Shown here piece after piece: positions 35,152 to 42,426 of a DNA stretch of 42,426 nt. Both the position numbers and the translations under genes were made by a program. The DNA is taken from positions 1 through 42,426 of the IMG/VR virus record IMGVR_UViG_3300020441_000010. The stretch is one strand, 5' to 3'. Within the stretch, counting starts at the first letter, position 1; each line of letters starts with the position of its first letter. The DNA is from a virus (Duplodnaviria; Caudoviricetes). Under the pieces are notes generated by a model. That model did not search any database. It was not told the origin of the DNA and saw only the letters and a program-made list of their open reading frames with translations.

Positions 35152-35239
35152 CAGTGTGTTCCTCTTCTTTGTATTCAGGTCTCAACCACCATCCATCATG
35201 TGGATCGTCATTGATATGTTCGTATTCTTCAAGATCCAT
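35138..35239 (-). CDS. Possible 33-aa acidic peptide between uvsX and gp41
   Basis: MDLEEYEHINDDPHDGWWLRPEYKEEEHTDGES bridges the gap and overlaps both genes. Confidence 0.45.
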   Translation of the reverse strand: MDLEEYEHINDDPHDGWWLRPEYKEEEHTDGES

Positions 35240-36245
35240 AACTAAACTCCTCCCTAGCAATCTCATCAAGTTTTTCCATTACTTCTTCTGTGAAGTATTT
35301 TTCAGGTTGCTTGAAAATGTCCTTAGCATACAACTTCTTGATCTCCCCGTCAACCGTCATCGCATATCGACCAGCAACGTTTTTCCAAAGTCCGCCAATC
35401 TCACCGAGTTCAAGAAGACCATAATATCGATCAAGACCACGCTCATCGTAATACAAACGCACCGTAACATCTTTATTCTCCTTACTCAAACGCGACTTAG
35501 CAGTCTTAGCCTTGATAAGATTTCCGATGACTGCTGTTCCATCCTTTTCTTTTTTCTTTGTGAGATAGATGATTGTAGACGCAGCATACTTGAGTCCACT
35601 GCCTCCACCCATTTCCTTTGTAGGTACATAAGCTCCAATAACATCGTAGGTGTGGTTAGTAACGATCATGGGGATTTTTGCTTGACCCAATTTGAGGGTA
35701 AGCATACGGAATGCTCCTTTGACTAGTTGAGATTTAGTCATGTCGCGGACTTGTTTGTCGTTGAGAGCGTCTGTAATCTCCTTCTCGGTGGAGAGCATCC
35801 CTAAAGAGTCTAACACAAACATACAAGGTTTGCGATCATCCTCAGGCGTTTTGAGATACATGTCTACTGCTTTCAATGCCTTACTACGGAAGTCTTCAAT
35901 AGTCACGACGTTGACCACCACAAGGCGATCCATATCGATACCACGACTCTCTAGTAATTGCTTGTTAACTGCAGCTTCTGTGTCAAAGTATAGACAGTAC
36001 CCAGTGGGATTGCTATCAAGAAAATTTTTAACAACAGCCAAGGAAAAGAACGTTTTTCCAGTAGAAGACTCACCAGCAATGGCAGTAATCTTATTCCCAG
36101 ATACACCGCCAAATATAGACCCTGAAACAAGTCCATTAAAAATGTACGAACCTGTATCAACAAATTCTTCAGAGTCGTCAATATCGGATGCGAGTTTTGT
36201 GTATTCATCGCCAATCTCTTTTACAATATCTTTCAAGAAATCCAT
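35229..36245 (-). CDS. uvsX: RecA-like recombinase UvsX
   Basis: GESSTGKT, YFDTE, VLDSLG, TNHTY and MGGG motifs. Confidence 0.96.
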   Translation of the reverse strand: MDFLKDIVKEIGDEYTKLASDIDDSEEFVDTGSYIFNGLVSGSIFGGVSGNKITAIAGESSTGKTFFSLAVVKNFLDSNPTGYCLYFDTEAAVNKQLLESRGIDMDRLVVVNVVTIEDFRSKALKAVDMYLKTPEDDRKPCMFVLDSLGMLSTEKEITDALNDKQVRDMTKSQLVKGAFRMLTLKLGQAKIPMIVTNHTYDVIGAYVPTKEMGGGSGLKYAASTIIYLTKKKEKDGTAVIGNLIKAKTAKSRLSKENKDVTVRLYYDERGLDRYYGLLELGEIGGLWKNVAGRYAMTVDGEIKKLYAKDIFKQPEKYFTEEVMEKLDEIAREEFSYGS

Positions 36246-36248
36246 AAA

Positions 36249-36446
36249 TTAATTCCATCGTTTAGTTTTTAAATATTCTAGCACATCACCACGAACATCC
36301 ATAAGTTCATGGTAACATCTTTGGTTATGAGCACATTGTCTGAGCTTTGGATCTGGTTTCAGGACAGATTCAATGAATAGATCTAGACCTCTATTCCATT
36401 TATCCTTTTTATTTTCACCATCATCAATAGTGTATTGATCGTGCAT
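36249..36446 (-). CDS. Hypothetical protein
   Basis: Clean tiled ORF. Confidence 0.7.
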   Translation of the reverse strand: MHDQYTIDDGENKKDKWNRGLDLFIESVLKPDPKLRQCAHNQRCYHELMDVRGDVLEYLKTKRWN

Positions 36447-37124
36447 TTAATTGTCCTCCAAGGTATAGTTTAAACTTAAACTTCTTCTCGTTTGTCCATT
36501 AAGTTTATGTGGTTGATATGAATGACGAAGATTTGGTGGGAAGAGTAAAGTCATTCCAACATATTGAATGGGAGCCCACGTATCTACCATAAGATCACTG
36601 GTATCTCCAATACCATAATAGTAATTCAATTGTCCATTTGGATTATCCTCACCTTCATCATTAATAATTTTATTTTTCCCACTAGAATCTTCAGGTAGTT
36701 GTAAAATCATCACAGATGCTAAGTCTCCTCCATGAATATGCAATGGAGTAAAATCACTTTCTTCATATATATTCACCCAACCATCTATAGATTCAGAATC
36801 AAAAGAATCAGATTGCACACGACTTACACTATATCTATATTCTTCTCCATCACGAATTTCACCATTCTTTGTCCTTCCATACATTTTTAGATAACAATCA
36901 CCAAGATATTCCATATAATCAATAAGTCCAATTTCTTCAGCAAACTCAGAAGTTAAAAATGGATTTCGTATTCCTCTAGATAAAAGATTAAAAGCGGAAC
37001 CCCCAGAACGAGTATCCCCATATTCGTCAGCATATTCATTCAATGCACTTATAATAAAATCTGGGCATGTTGCCTCCAGTATGGTTGGACCAAAAGGTCG
37101 ATGTTCTTTAATTTCAAAATCCAT
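36447..37124 (-). CDS. 2OG-Fe(II) oxygenase (TIGR02466-like)
   Basis: PFGP, WVN, PLHIH, LFPPNLRH and RRSLSLN motifs. Confidence 0.82.
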   Translation of the reverse strand: MDFEIKEHRPFGPTILEATCPDFIISALNEYADEYGDTRSGGSAFNLLSRGIRNPFLTSEFAEEIGLIDYMEYLGDCYLKMYGRTKNGEIRDGEEYRYSVSRVQSDSFDSESIDGWVNIYEESDFTPLHIHGGDLASVMILQLPEDSSGKNKIINDEGEDNPNGQLNYYYGIGDTSDLMVDTWAPIQYVGMTLLFPPNLRHSYQPHKLNGQTRRSLSLNYTLEDN

Positions 37125-37154
37125 AATAAATCCTACAATAAAAAGATAATAACA

Positions 37155-39650
37155 TTAAGCAAAGAAAGAATCAAGACTGATTTTCTTTTCAACACTCCAT
37201 CCAATAGCATCAAGAATAGACTTAAGAGGTTCTAAGAAACTCTTATCAAACTGTAAATCATAATCAATATACTGATTCAATTTTAACTCATTAGGAAACT
37301 CTTGAATAAATGATAACACATTTTCATGAATTGGATTTGGTTTCTTCATGTATATAAATTTAATCTTCTCACCATTATTGATGAGAGAATACTTATTATC
37401 AAGTTTATTCTCTTTTACATAGTGATTAAACAAGAGAGATCCTCTGATATGTATAGGAGTTCCCTTTGAATAAATGTTCGATGATGAAGCATACTTCTTC
37501 ACGTCTGATGCAGTTCTTGGGAAAGCAATTTCTTCTGGAGAAAGTTTTTTGAAATCTTTTCTACATTGATCAATGAATGAGATTACATCATCTTCTGTTT
37601 GGGTAAGAATAATCTTTAATGCATCCTTGATCATCTTACGACAGGGAGCAGGAGTAGAGGATTTAACAGCCTCAAGTCCCATAATTTTCAATTTAGGATC
37701 TTCATAACGAACACCTTCACTGTCCCATACGTTAAGAATGTATCTCTTCTTCGCAGTCCAAATACCACGATCAGCGATATTCTCACGCTTCATGAACATT
37801 TTCTGTTCATACGCCGAAACATAATCCGCAAGATTCTGATAAGACTGATCGATGAATGGTTCCAACTTGTCTTCGCAGATCTTATCAAGTATCCCCACAA
37901 CTTTTGTTTTATCGTCAGAGATATTACTAAAAAATTTAGTAACAAGAGGTCCAAGATTAAGATAGATTGAATCGGTGTCGGATGCAATAACATAATCCTC
38001 ACCCTCAGTTTGAAGTAGTTTATTTAGATATCCATTCATCCTCATCTCAATCCAACGAATTGATACCTGACCAGACAAAGTGATTGCTTCTGCATTTGCT
38101 AGTTTGTAATACCTGAAGTATTGATTACCAATAGCACCATAAGCAGAGTTAAGAGAAATCTTCTTCGCCATCTGAATGTTGTTGCATCTAGAGATTTCTT
38201 TCTCAAGTGCAACAGTAGGCGTCTTCTCATACTGCTGTTTGGCTGCAAGCATTTTCTTCTTGAAGACAACACGATCTCCATACATCTTCTCCATCAACTC
38301 AGGCAGGAACCCCTTTACATCCTTACGATACATAGCACCGTTAGCACAGATTGCATTATCCTTATATAATTCAAATGCAATCTCTTCATTCAAAATCTTA
38401 TCTACATTGACTGTGGGATGTCTTTCATCCAGAAGAGTTTCTGGAGAGATGTTGTATTGCATAATAAGATGAGGGTAGAGACTGTTAAGGTCAAAACTAA
38501 CAACCCAATCATAAACTCCCGGAATAGGTTCTTTAACATAGGCTCCTGCATACTTGTCGTTTTTATCAGAACGTTCTTTCGGTGGAATAACCACGTCCTT
38601 GTCCTTCAAATAATTATATATGATATTGTCCCACATCCGTACCTGATAGAACACATCGTTATAATTTACCTTTGCCTCATAAGCCATAGTCACAGCAAGT
38701 TCAATGAGTTTCATCTTGCCTTCCAAGCGGTCTACAAGTTCAACGTCAATGATGTTGTACTCTACAAACTTCTGCCAGTTACCAGTATAGAAATCTTTAA
38801 ACGTATCAAACTCGGAGTGATCAAGTTTCTTCTGTCCAAGTTCTACGTTAGCAATATGATCCAGTCGATAGGATTCCTGTGCTTTATAAGTAAACTTCTT
38901 ATACAAATCCATGTAGTCTAGTTGAGAGAGACCGCCTACTTCAAATGCGATATTCTTTCTCCCCATAATATAAACTTCCTGCTGCTTCACAAGACCCCAA
39001 GGAGAGAACTTCTTCATAGCTTTCTCACCAAGGACTCTATTGATTCGTCCACAGATATATGGGATATCATATAGTTGCACATTCCAACCAGTGATGATAT
39101 CTGGATAGTTGTGCTCCCACCAATCCAAGAATTTATTGAGCATAGTATATTCATCACCACAGTAAATGTAGTTGACGTTCTCTTGACTATTCTTGAAAGG
39201 TTTTACACCCCACACAATAATCTTTTTTGTATTGTAATCTTGAATAGCAATCGTTAGCATCTCTTCTGCAACAGATTCCGTATCTGGAAATCCATATTCG
39301 GCAGAGACCTCAATATCAATCGTAAGCAGTTTAATTTTAGATATATCAAATTTTATTTCTTTCTCAGGATACATCTCAGAAATATACTGGCTCACATACC
39401 GATCATTTCCATAGATCTTAAATCCTTCAACTTCTTTATACTTCTCACAAAATTCCCTACAATCACGAACAGTTCCTGGTTTAATTGGTTCTACACACTC
39501 ACCTTCAAGAGTTTTATATCGAGTTTCTTTTTTAGAAGGAACGTACAAGGTAGGATTGAAGTCATCCTTGTACATTACCCTCTGACCATTTTCATATCCT
39601 CGGACTAGGAATTTACTCCCGATCATCTGGACGTTAGTGTAGAATTTCAT
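37155..39650 (-). CDS. gp43: Family B DNA polymerase (T4 gp43-like)
   Basis: Exonuclease motifs DIE, GWN..YD and YNIID; polymerase motifs DLNSLYP, KISLNSAYG, SDTDS and KKRY; no intein. Confidence 0.98.
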   Translation of the reverse strand: MKFYTNVQMIGSKFLVRGYENGQRVMYKDDFNPTLYVPSKKETRYKTLEGECVEPIKPGTVRDCREFCEKYKEVEGFKIYGNDRYVSQYISEMYPEKEIKFDISKIKLLTIDIEVSAEYGFPDTESVAEEMLTIAIQDYNTKKIIVWGVKPFKNSQENVNYIYCGDEYTMLNKFLDWWEHNYPDIITGWNVQLYDIPYICGRINRVLGEKAMKKFSPWGLVKQQEVYIMGRKNIAFEVGGLSQLDYMDLYKKFTYKAQESYRLDHIANVELGQKKLDHSEFDTFKDFYTGNWQKFVEYNIIDVELVDRLEGKMKLIELAVTMAYEAKVNYNDVFYQVRMWDNIIYNYLKDKDVVIPPKERSDKNDKYAGAYVKEPIPGVYDWVVSFDLNSLYPHLIMQYNISPETLLDERHPTVNVDKILNEEIAFELYKDNAICANGAMYRKDVKGFLPELMEKMYGDRVVFKKKMLAAKQQYEKTPTVALEKEISRCNNIQMAKKISLNSAYGAIGNQYFRYYKLANAEAITLSGQVSIRWIEMRMNGYLNKLLQTEGEDYVIASDTDSIYLNLGPLVTKFFSNISDDKTKVVGILDKICEDKLEPFIDQSYQNLADYVSAYEQKMFMKRENIADRGIWTAKKRYILNVWDSEGVRYEDPKLKIMGLEAVKSSTPAPCRKMIKDALKIILTQTEDDVISFIDQCRKDFKKLSPEEIAFPRTASDVKKYASSSNIYSKGTPIHIRGSLLFNHYVKENKLDNKYSLINNGEKIKFIYMKKPNPIHENVLSFIQEFPNELKLNQYIDYDLQFDKSFLEPLKSILDAIGWSVEKKISLDSFFA

Positions 39651-40407
39651 TTGTTACGTTTAGATGACGAATAGACATTTCAAATTTTTTGTTTCCGATC
39701 TCACCAAGATCAACTTTCTTACCCGTGTAAGTCTCGTAAGAAATTAAAAACAATGTATAAAGGTGCCAGTGTACGGGAGGAATGTACTGAGGAGACAGAC
39801 ATAGATGCATATGATCAAAATGATAATCCATTATATCATACTCCTCTTTTGTCGTAACACGCATTTTGGGTATGAGCCCCTGATAGTATTTTAAATCATT
39901 ATCATCTAAATCAGCGATAGCGTGCTCATTGGTAATCCACGTATAAGATTTAACTCTATTTTGAGTTCTTAGATAAGCAATCCAATTACCTTCATCAACA
40001 TCGTGAGAGTTTTTAATATGATGATAGTCATGCTTATTGCCTTTAACGGAACGAGTTTTATCTGGATATAAATCTGGATGAATCATATCACCATGATATA
40101 AAACGTCATGATGATGATCTACATTGATAATTTCTAAATCCGTCTTATCCCCAATACTATAAAGGATGTTATCATGATCATATGCAAAACTCACTTCTGT
40201 TCCTGCATGAAGACACTTATTGAATAACTTGAACAGATAAAAAAGATGCCCTTTATCAAAGGGCAAATCATTCTCTTTTATACCCTCAGTATTAAATCTG
40301 AAAAAGTTACTCCATCGAGATGACGCATTATCATTCCAATAAGAGTTTTCATATTTTTTAATGCTGGGACCCATGATGTAGTCCAAGTCAATACTTAAAA
40401 TTCTCAT
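39634..40407 (-). CDS. UPF0489-like / arginase-fold putative metallohydrolase
   Basis: LSIDLDY, INVDHHHD, EGNW and CLSPQY.P motifs. Confidence 0.6.
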   Translation of the reverse strand: MRILSIDLDYIMGPSIKKYENSYWNDNASSRWSNFFRFNTEGIKENDLPFDKGHLFYLFKLFNKCLHAGTEVSFAYDHDNILYSIGDKTDLEIINVDHHHDVLYHGDMIHPDLYPDKTRSVKGNKHDYHHIKNSHDVDEGNWIAYLRTQNRVKSYTWITNEHAIADLDDNDLKYYQGLIPKMRVTTKEEYDIMDYHFDHMHLCLSPQYIPPVHWHLYTLFLISYETYTGKKVDLGEIGNKKFEMSIRHLNVTNEILH

Positions 40408-40652
40408 TTAACCAAAGAGTTGTATTTTTCGGAGAGTTCTTCGGTGGGATCTGCAATAGTCAAGATTTTATCAGAACTAATCATATAGATTGACTGTTCA
40501 CTTACATCAACCATCCAAGGAGATAAAGTTGAATCAGATATGTTCAAACGATATGGATTAATTAGTCTACAATCTGGTTCACCAATTTCGGCACCTACTT
40601 CTTCAATCTTTGCAAGAAGAATTACATTATTAGTTAGCAATATAACTTTCAT
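40404..40652 (-). CDS. Small Sm-like beta protein, conserved in T4-like phages
   Basis: L..I.EV...IGEPDC.L..P, PW and I.SDKILTI.DP pattern. Confidence 0.7.
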   Translation of the reverse strand: MKVILLTNNVILLAKIEEVGAEIGEPDCRLINPYRLNISDSTLSPWMVDVSEQSIYMISSDKILTIADPTEELSEKYNSLVK

Positions 40653-41047
40653 TCTTCATCTCCTTCTGCTGGTTCATCAATCTCGGATGTAAACTCTTTT
40701 GGTTCATCAGCCTCAAAAGTATGACTCTCGTCAAGACTTAAATCTGCTTCGGATGCACTGACGATATCCCTATCATAAAGTTCCAACACCTTATTGATAG
40801 GAGTAAGCATAGAAACAACATAATCCGCTGGGATAGGAATGTTTAAATCTTTTGCTAGAGGAATCCAGGGAACCATCCTCACACGAAAATTATCATCATT
40901 ATCAGAATCTATTTCTAGATCTACCAAGCATGGTCTGTTCAAGATATACCCAATTACTCTTGCATCTGCTCCTGGACCACTCATCCATTCTTTAATTCCG
41001 CAAATAATTTGTTCACCCTCACGGGTCACAACTAGTCTAATGGTCAT
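40649..41047 (-). CDS. Sm-like beta protein with acidic tail, conserved in T4-like cyanophages
   Basis: GE.II..I.E, PWIPL and IPADYVVSM..P pattern. Confidence 0.7.
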   Translation of the reverse strand: MTIRLVVTREGEQIICGIKEWMSGPGADARVIGYILNRPCLVDLEIDSDNDDNFRVRMVPWIPLAKDLNIPIPADYVVSMLTPINKVLELYDRDIVSASEADLSLDESHTFEADEPKEFTSEIDEPAEGDEE

Positions 41048-41049
41048 GA

Positions 41050-41328
41050 TTATCTAAAAATAATTTTTACTTTTGCTGGTTCTACATGAGCATGGCGTCT
41101 ACGAATACGAGTGCAACTCGCAATAGGAAGAATTTTTCTTTCGGTGTACCATCCCCATTCATCATATTTAGTGATGTACTTGATCTTTCTGCAACGCCTC
41201 CAATCGCTCCTTACCATCACATTATCTGATGGATATGTATAGGTATGACCTTTTGAGATGAACCTAGGATGAGCGATAGCAGGAGTAGATACAAGGAGTG
41301 CTGCTGCAGCAATTAGGAATGACTTCAT
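41050..41328 (-). CDS. Small exported basic protein
   Basis: Signal peptide MKSFLIAAAALLVSTPAIA. Confidence 0.7.
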   Translation of the reverse strand: MKSFLIAAAALLVSTPAIAHPRFISKGHTYTYPSDNVMVRSDWRRCRKIKYITKYDEWGWYTERKILPIASCTRIRRRHAHVEPAKVKIIFR

Positions 41329-41351
41329 GGCGGAATGTCCTTAATGAACTT

Positions 41352-41380
41352 ATTATAGAATAAAAAAAGAGGGGCGTCAA
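41352..41380 (-). promoter_or_regulatory. Sigma70-type promoter embedded in the hsp20 terminator
   Basis: TTGACG-17 bp-TATAAT. Confidence 0.8.
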
Positions 41381-41403
41381 CTGGATTGTGCCAGTTACCC
41401 CTC
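41362..41403 (-). terminator. Rho-independent terminator
   Basis: GAGGGG-TAACTGG-cacaat-CCAGTTG-acg-CCCCTC followed by T7. Confidence 0.85.
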
Positions 41404-41431
41404 CGTCTGCGACGACGATATTCAATACTAT

Positions 41432-41866
41432 TTATAGAAAATCTTTACGTTTATGTGCATCAGGAACTTTTTTACCGAGTTCAACACTTAAAAGCCCATC
41501 TTCAAAAGTAACTGATCCCACTGACGTGTCTTCGCTAAGTGTCCACGAACGTGAAAAACTCCGTTGAGCCACACCCTTGTGTACATAGTGGGTTTCCGTT
41601 TCTTTATCTTCTTTCTGACCTTCGATAAAGAGTTTACCATCCTGTGTGTAGACATAGACTTCCTTCTTTTTAAATCCTGCTAATGCAATCTCTAATCGAG
41701 ATGTAACGCTATTTACAGTCACAAGGTTGTAGGGCGGATAATTTGATGTAGTTTCATGTAGGGTGAAGATCCTATCGAAGTAATCTTCCATACCGATACT
41801 GTTCCGAGTGATACGATCCAACAGCTGATTAATGTTGGCTGCATTGTACCTTGTTAGGTCTCCCAT
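41432..41866 (-). CDS. hsp20: Small heat-shock protein Hsp20/IbpA family
   Basis: NYPPYNL, EIALAGF, HKGVAQRSF and FEDGLL motifs; start MGDLTRY at 41866 with SD AAGGAG. Confidence 0.95.
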   Translation of the reverse strand: MGDLTRYNAANINQLLDRITRNSIGMEDYFDRIFTLHETTSNYPPYNLVTVNSVTSRLEIALAGFKKKEVYVYTQDGKLFIEGQKEDKETETHYVHKGVAQRSFSRSWTLSEDTSVGSVTFEDGLLSVELGKKVPDAHKRKDFL

Positions 41867-41932
41867 TTGATAGCTCCTTTGATAAGCGAGTTTGTATTGT
41901 GTGGACCCCGAAGGCATCCACATATATTTATA
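41867..41932 (-). promoter_or_regulatory. Late promoter and structured hsp20 leader
   Basis: TATAAATA (41932-41925), hairpin TGTGGA-TGCC-TTCG-GGG-TCCACA, and an anti-SD-like CTCGCTT opposite AAGGAG. Confidence 0.6.
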
Positions 41933-41972
41933 GCACAAAATACAAAAAAGTGGGTGTGGAAAACTCTACATT

Positions 41973-41980
41973 TATAAATA
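41973..41980 (+). promoter_or_regulatory. Late promoter TATAAATA
   Basis: Perfect T4 late consensus upstream of the 42039 gene, divergent from hsp20. Confidence 0.75.
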
Positions 41981-42038
41981 TATTTGACTTCACAGACAGT
42001 GAAGCAAAGATCACAACAGACCTCAAGGAGGAAGCACC

Positions 42039-42272
42039 ATGGCAATGAACCCATACGAAATGCGCTGGGATTTTTTAAGAGAAGCGCAATCAAGATTAGA
42101 GAGCAAACTGAGTTCGGACAAAGAAGCTTGGTATCAGCGAAAAGAGTTACTAGAAAACGCTGGTCAAGTATTAGACACAAGTTTAGATCCGTTTCCTACA
42201 TACCCCACTGCTGAGCAAATTCACGCAGTAGCAGAGGAGATGAGGTCTTTTGTTGAAAAAACAAACGGATGA
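42039..42272 (+). CDS. Small phage hypothetical protein (NPYE.R...YPT.E.I type)
   Basis: Strong SD AAGGAGG; late promoter upstream. Confidence 0.85.
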   Translation: MAMNPYEMRWDFLREAQSRLESKLSSDKEAWYQRKELLENAGQVLDTSLDPFPTYPTAEQIHAVAEEMRSFVEKTNG

Positions 42273-42278
42273 TTCATC

Positions 42279-42383
42279 ATGATATACTCTGATTTGACTA
42301 AACTTCAAGTTCTTTTTGAAGACAAAAAAAATGCAAAACTAGCATTAAGATTACTAGAGAAGTTGGCAAAAAAGAAAGAATAA
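42279..42383 (+). CDS. Possible 34-aa basic peptide
   Basis: MIYSDLTKLQVLFEDKKNAKLALRLLEKLAKKKE. Confidence 0.35.
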   Translation: MIYSDLTKLQVLFEDKKNAKLALRLLEKLAKKKE

Positions 42384-42401
42384 AAATAGTAGCACAGATA
42401 C

Positions 42402-42426
42402 AAAAAAACGGGGTGTTGAACCCCGT
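42402..42426. terminator. Terminator hairpin at the window edge (probably bidirectional)
   Basis: A7 then ACGGGG-tgttgaa-CCCCGT; truncated by the window end. Confidence 0.7.

Noticed and set aside
35154-36252. Long plus-strand ORFs antisense to uvsX (190 and 170 aa), and similar ones opposite gp41, gp43 and nrdA
   Set aside because: Expected antisense shadows from codon bias; no RBS, promoter or recognisable motifs.
41854-42214. ORFs 41854..42180 (-), 41851..42048 (+), 41984..42214 (+) and the extended hsp20 N-terminus to 41938
   Set aside because: They overlap promoters and the better-supported genes; SD position supports starts at 41866 and 42039.

Overview
This 42-kb window is an AT-rich segment of a T4-like cyanophage (marine myovirus, probably infecting Synechococcus). 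Almost all genes are on the minus strand. In transcription order (right to left) it carries: hsp20; the replication block gp43 polymerase - uvsX - gp41 helicase - mazG; a run of small hypothetical genes; a late-promoter block (PD-(D/E)XK-like nuclease, HxGH nucleotidyltransferase, charged probable head-internal proteins, a virion protein); gp61 primase - nrdA - nrdB; a GIY-YIG gene; two tandem oxygenase-like paralogs; a lysozyme; an HNH gene; five tRNAs (Arg-TCT, Gly-TCC, Val-TAC, Pro-TGG, CAT) interspersed with unexplained structured RNA elements; a 12-kb, 15-gene glycan synthesis/modification operon; and a small outer-membrane beta-barrel gene. The most interesting leads are: (i) a nucleotidase + purine nucleoside phosphorylase + sugar-1-P nucleotidyltransferase trio inside the glycan operon, a possible NDP-pentose route from recycled nucleotides; (ii) GDP-mannose 3,5-epimerase with GT11 and GT6, a possible L-galactose 'blood-group-like' glycan; (iii) an H-type pseudoknot before tRNA-Pro and a multi-hairpin, bistable RNA between tRNA-Gly and tRNA-Val; (iv) a nucleotidyltransferase with a T4-like capsid-targeting N-terminus beside probable protease-processed polyproteins. 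All calls come from reading motifs by eye; no searches were run.
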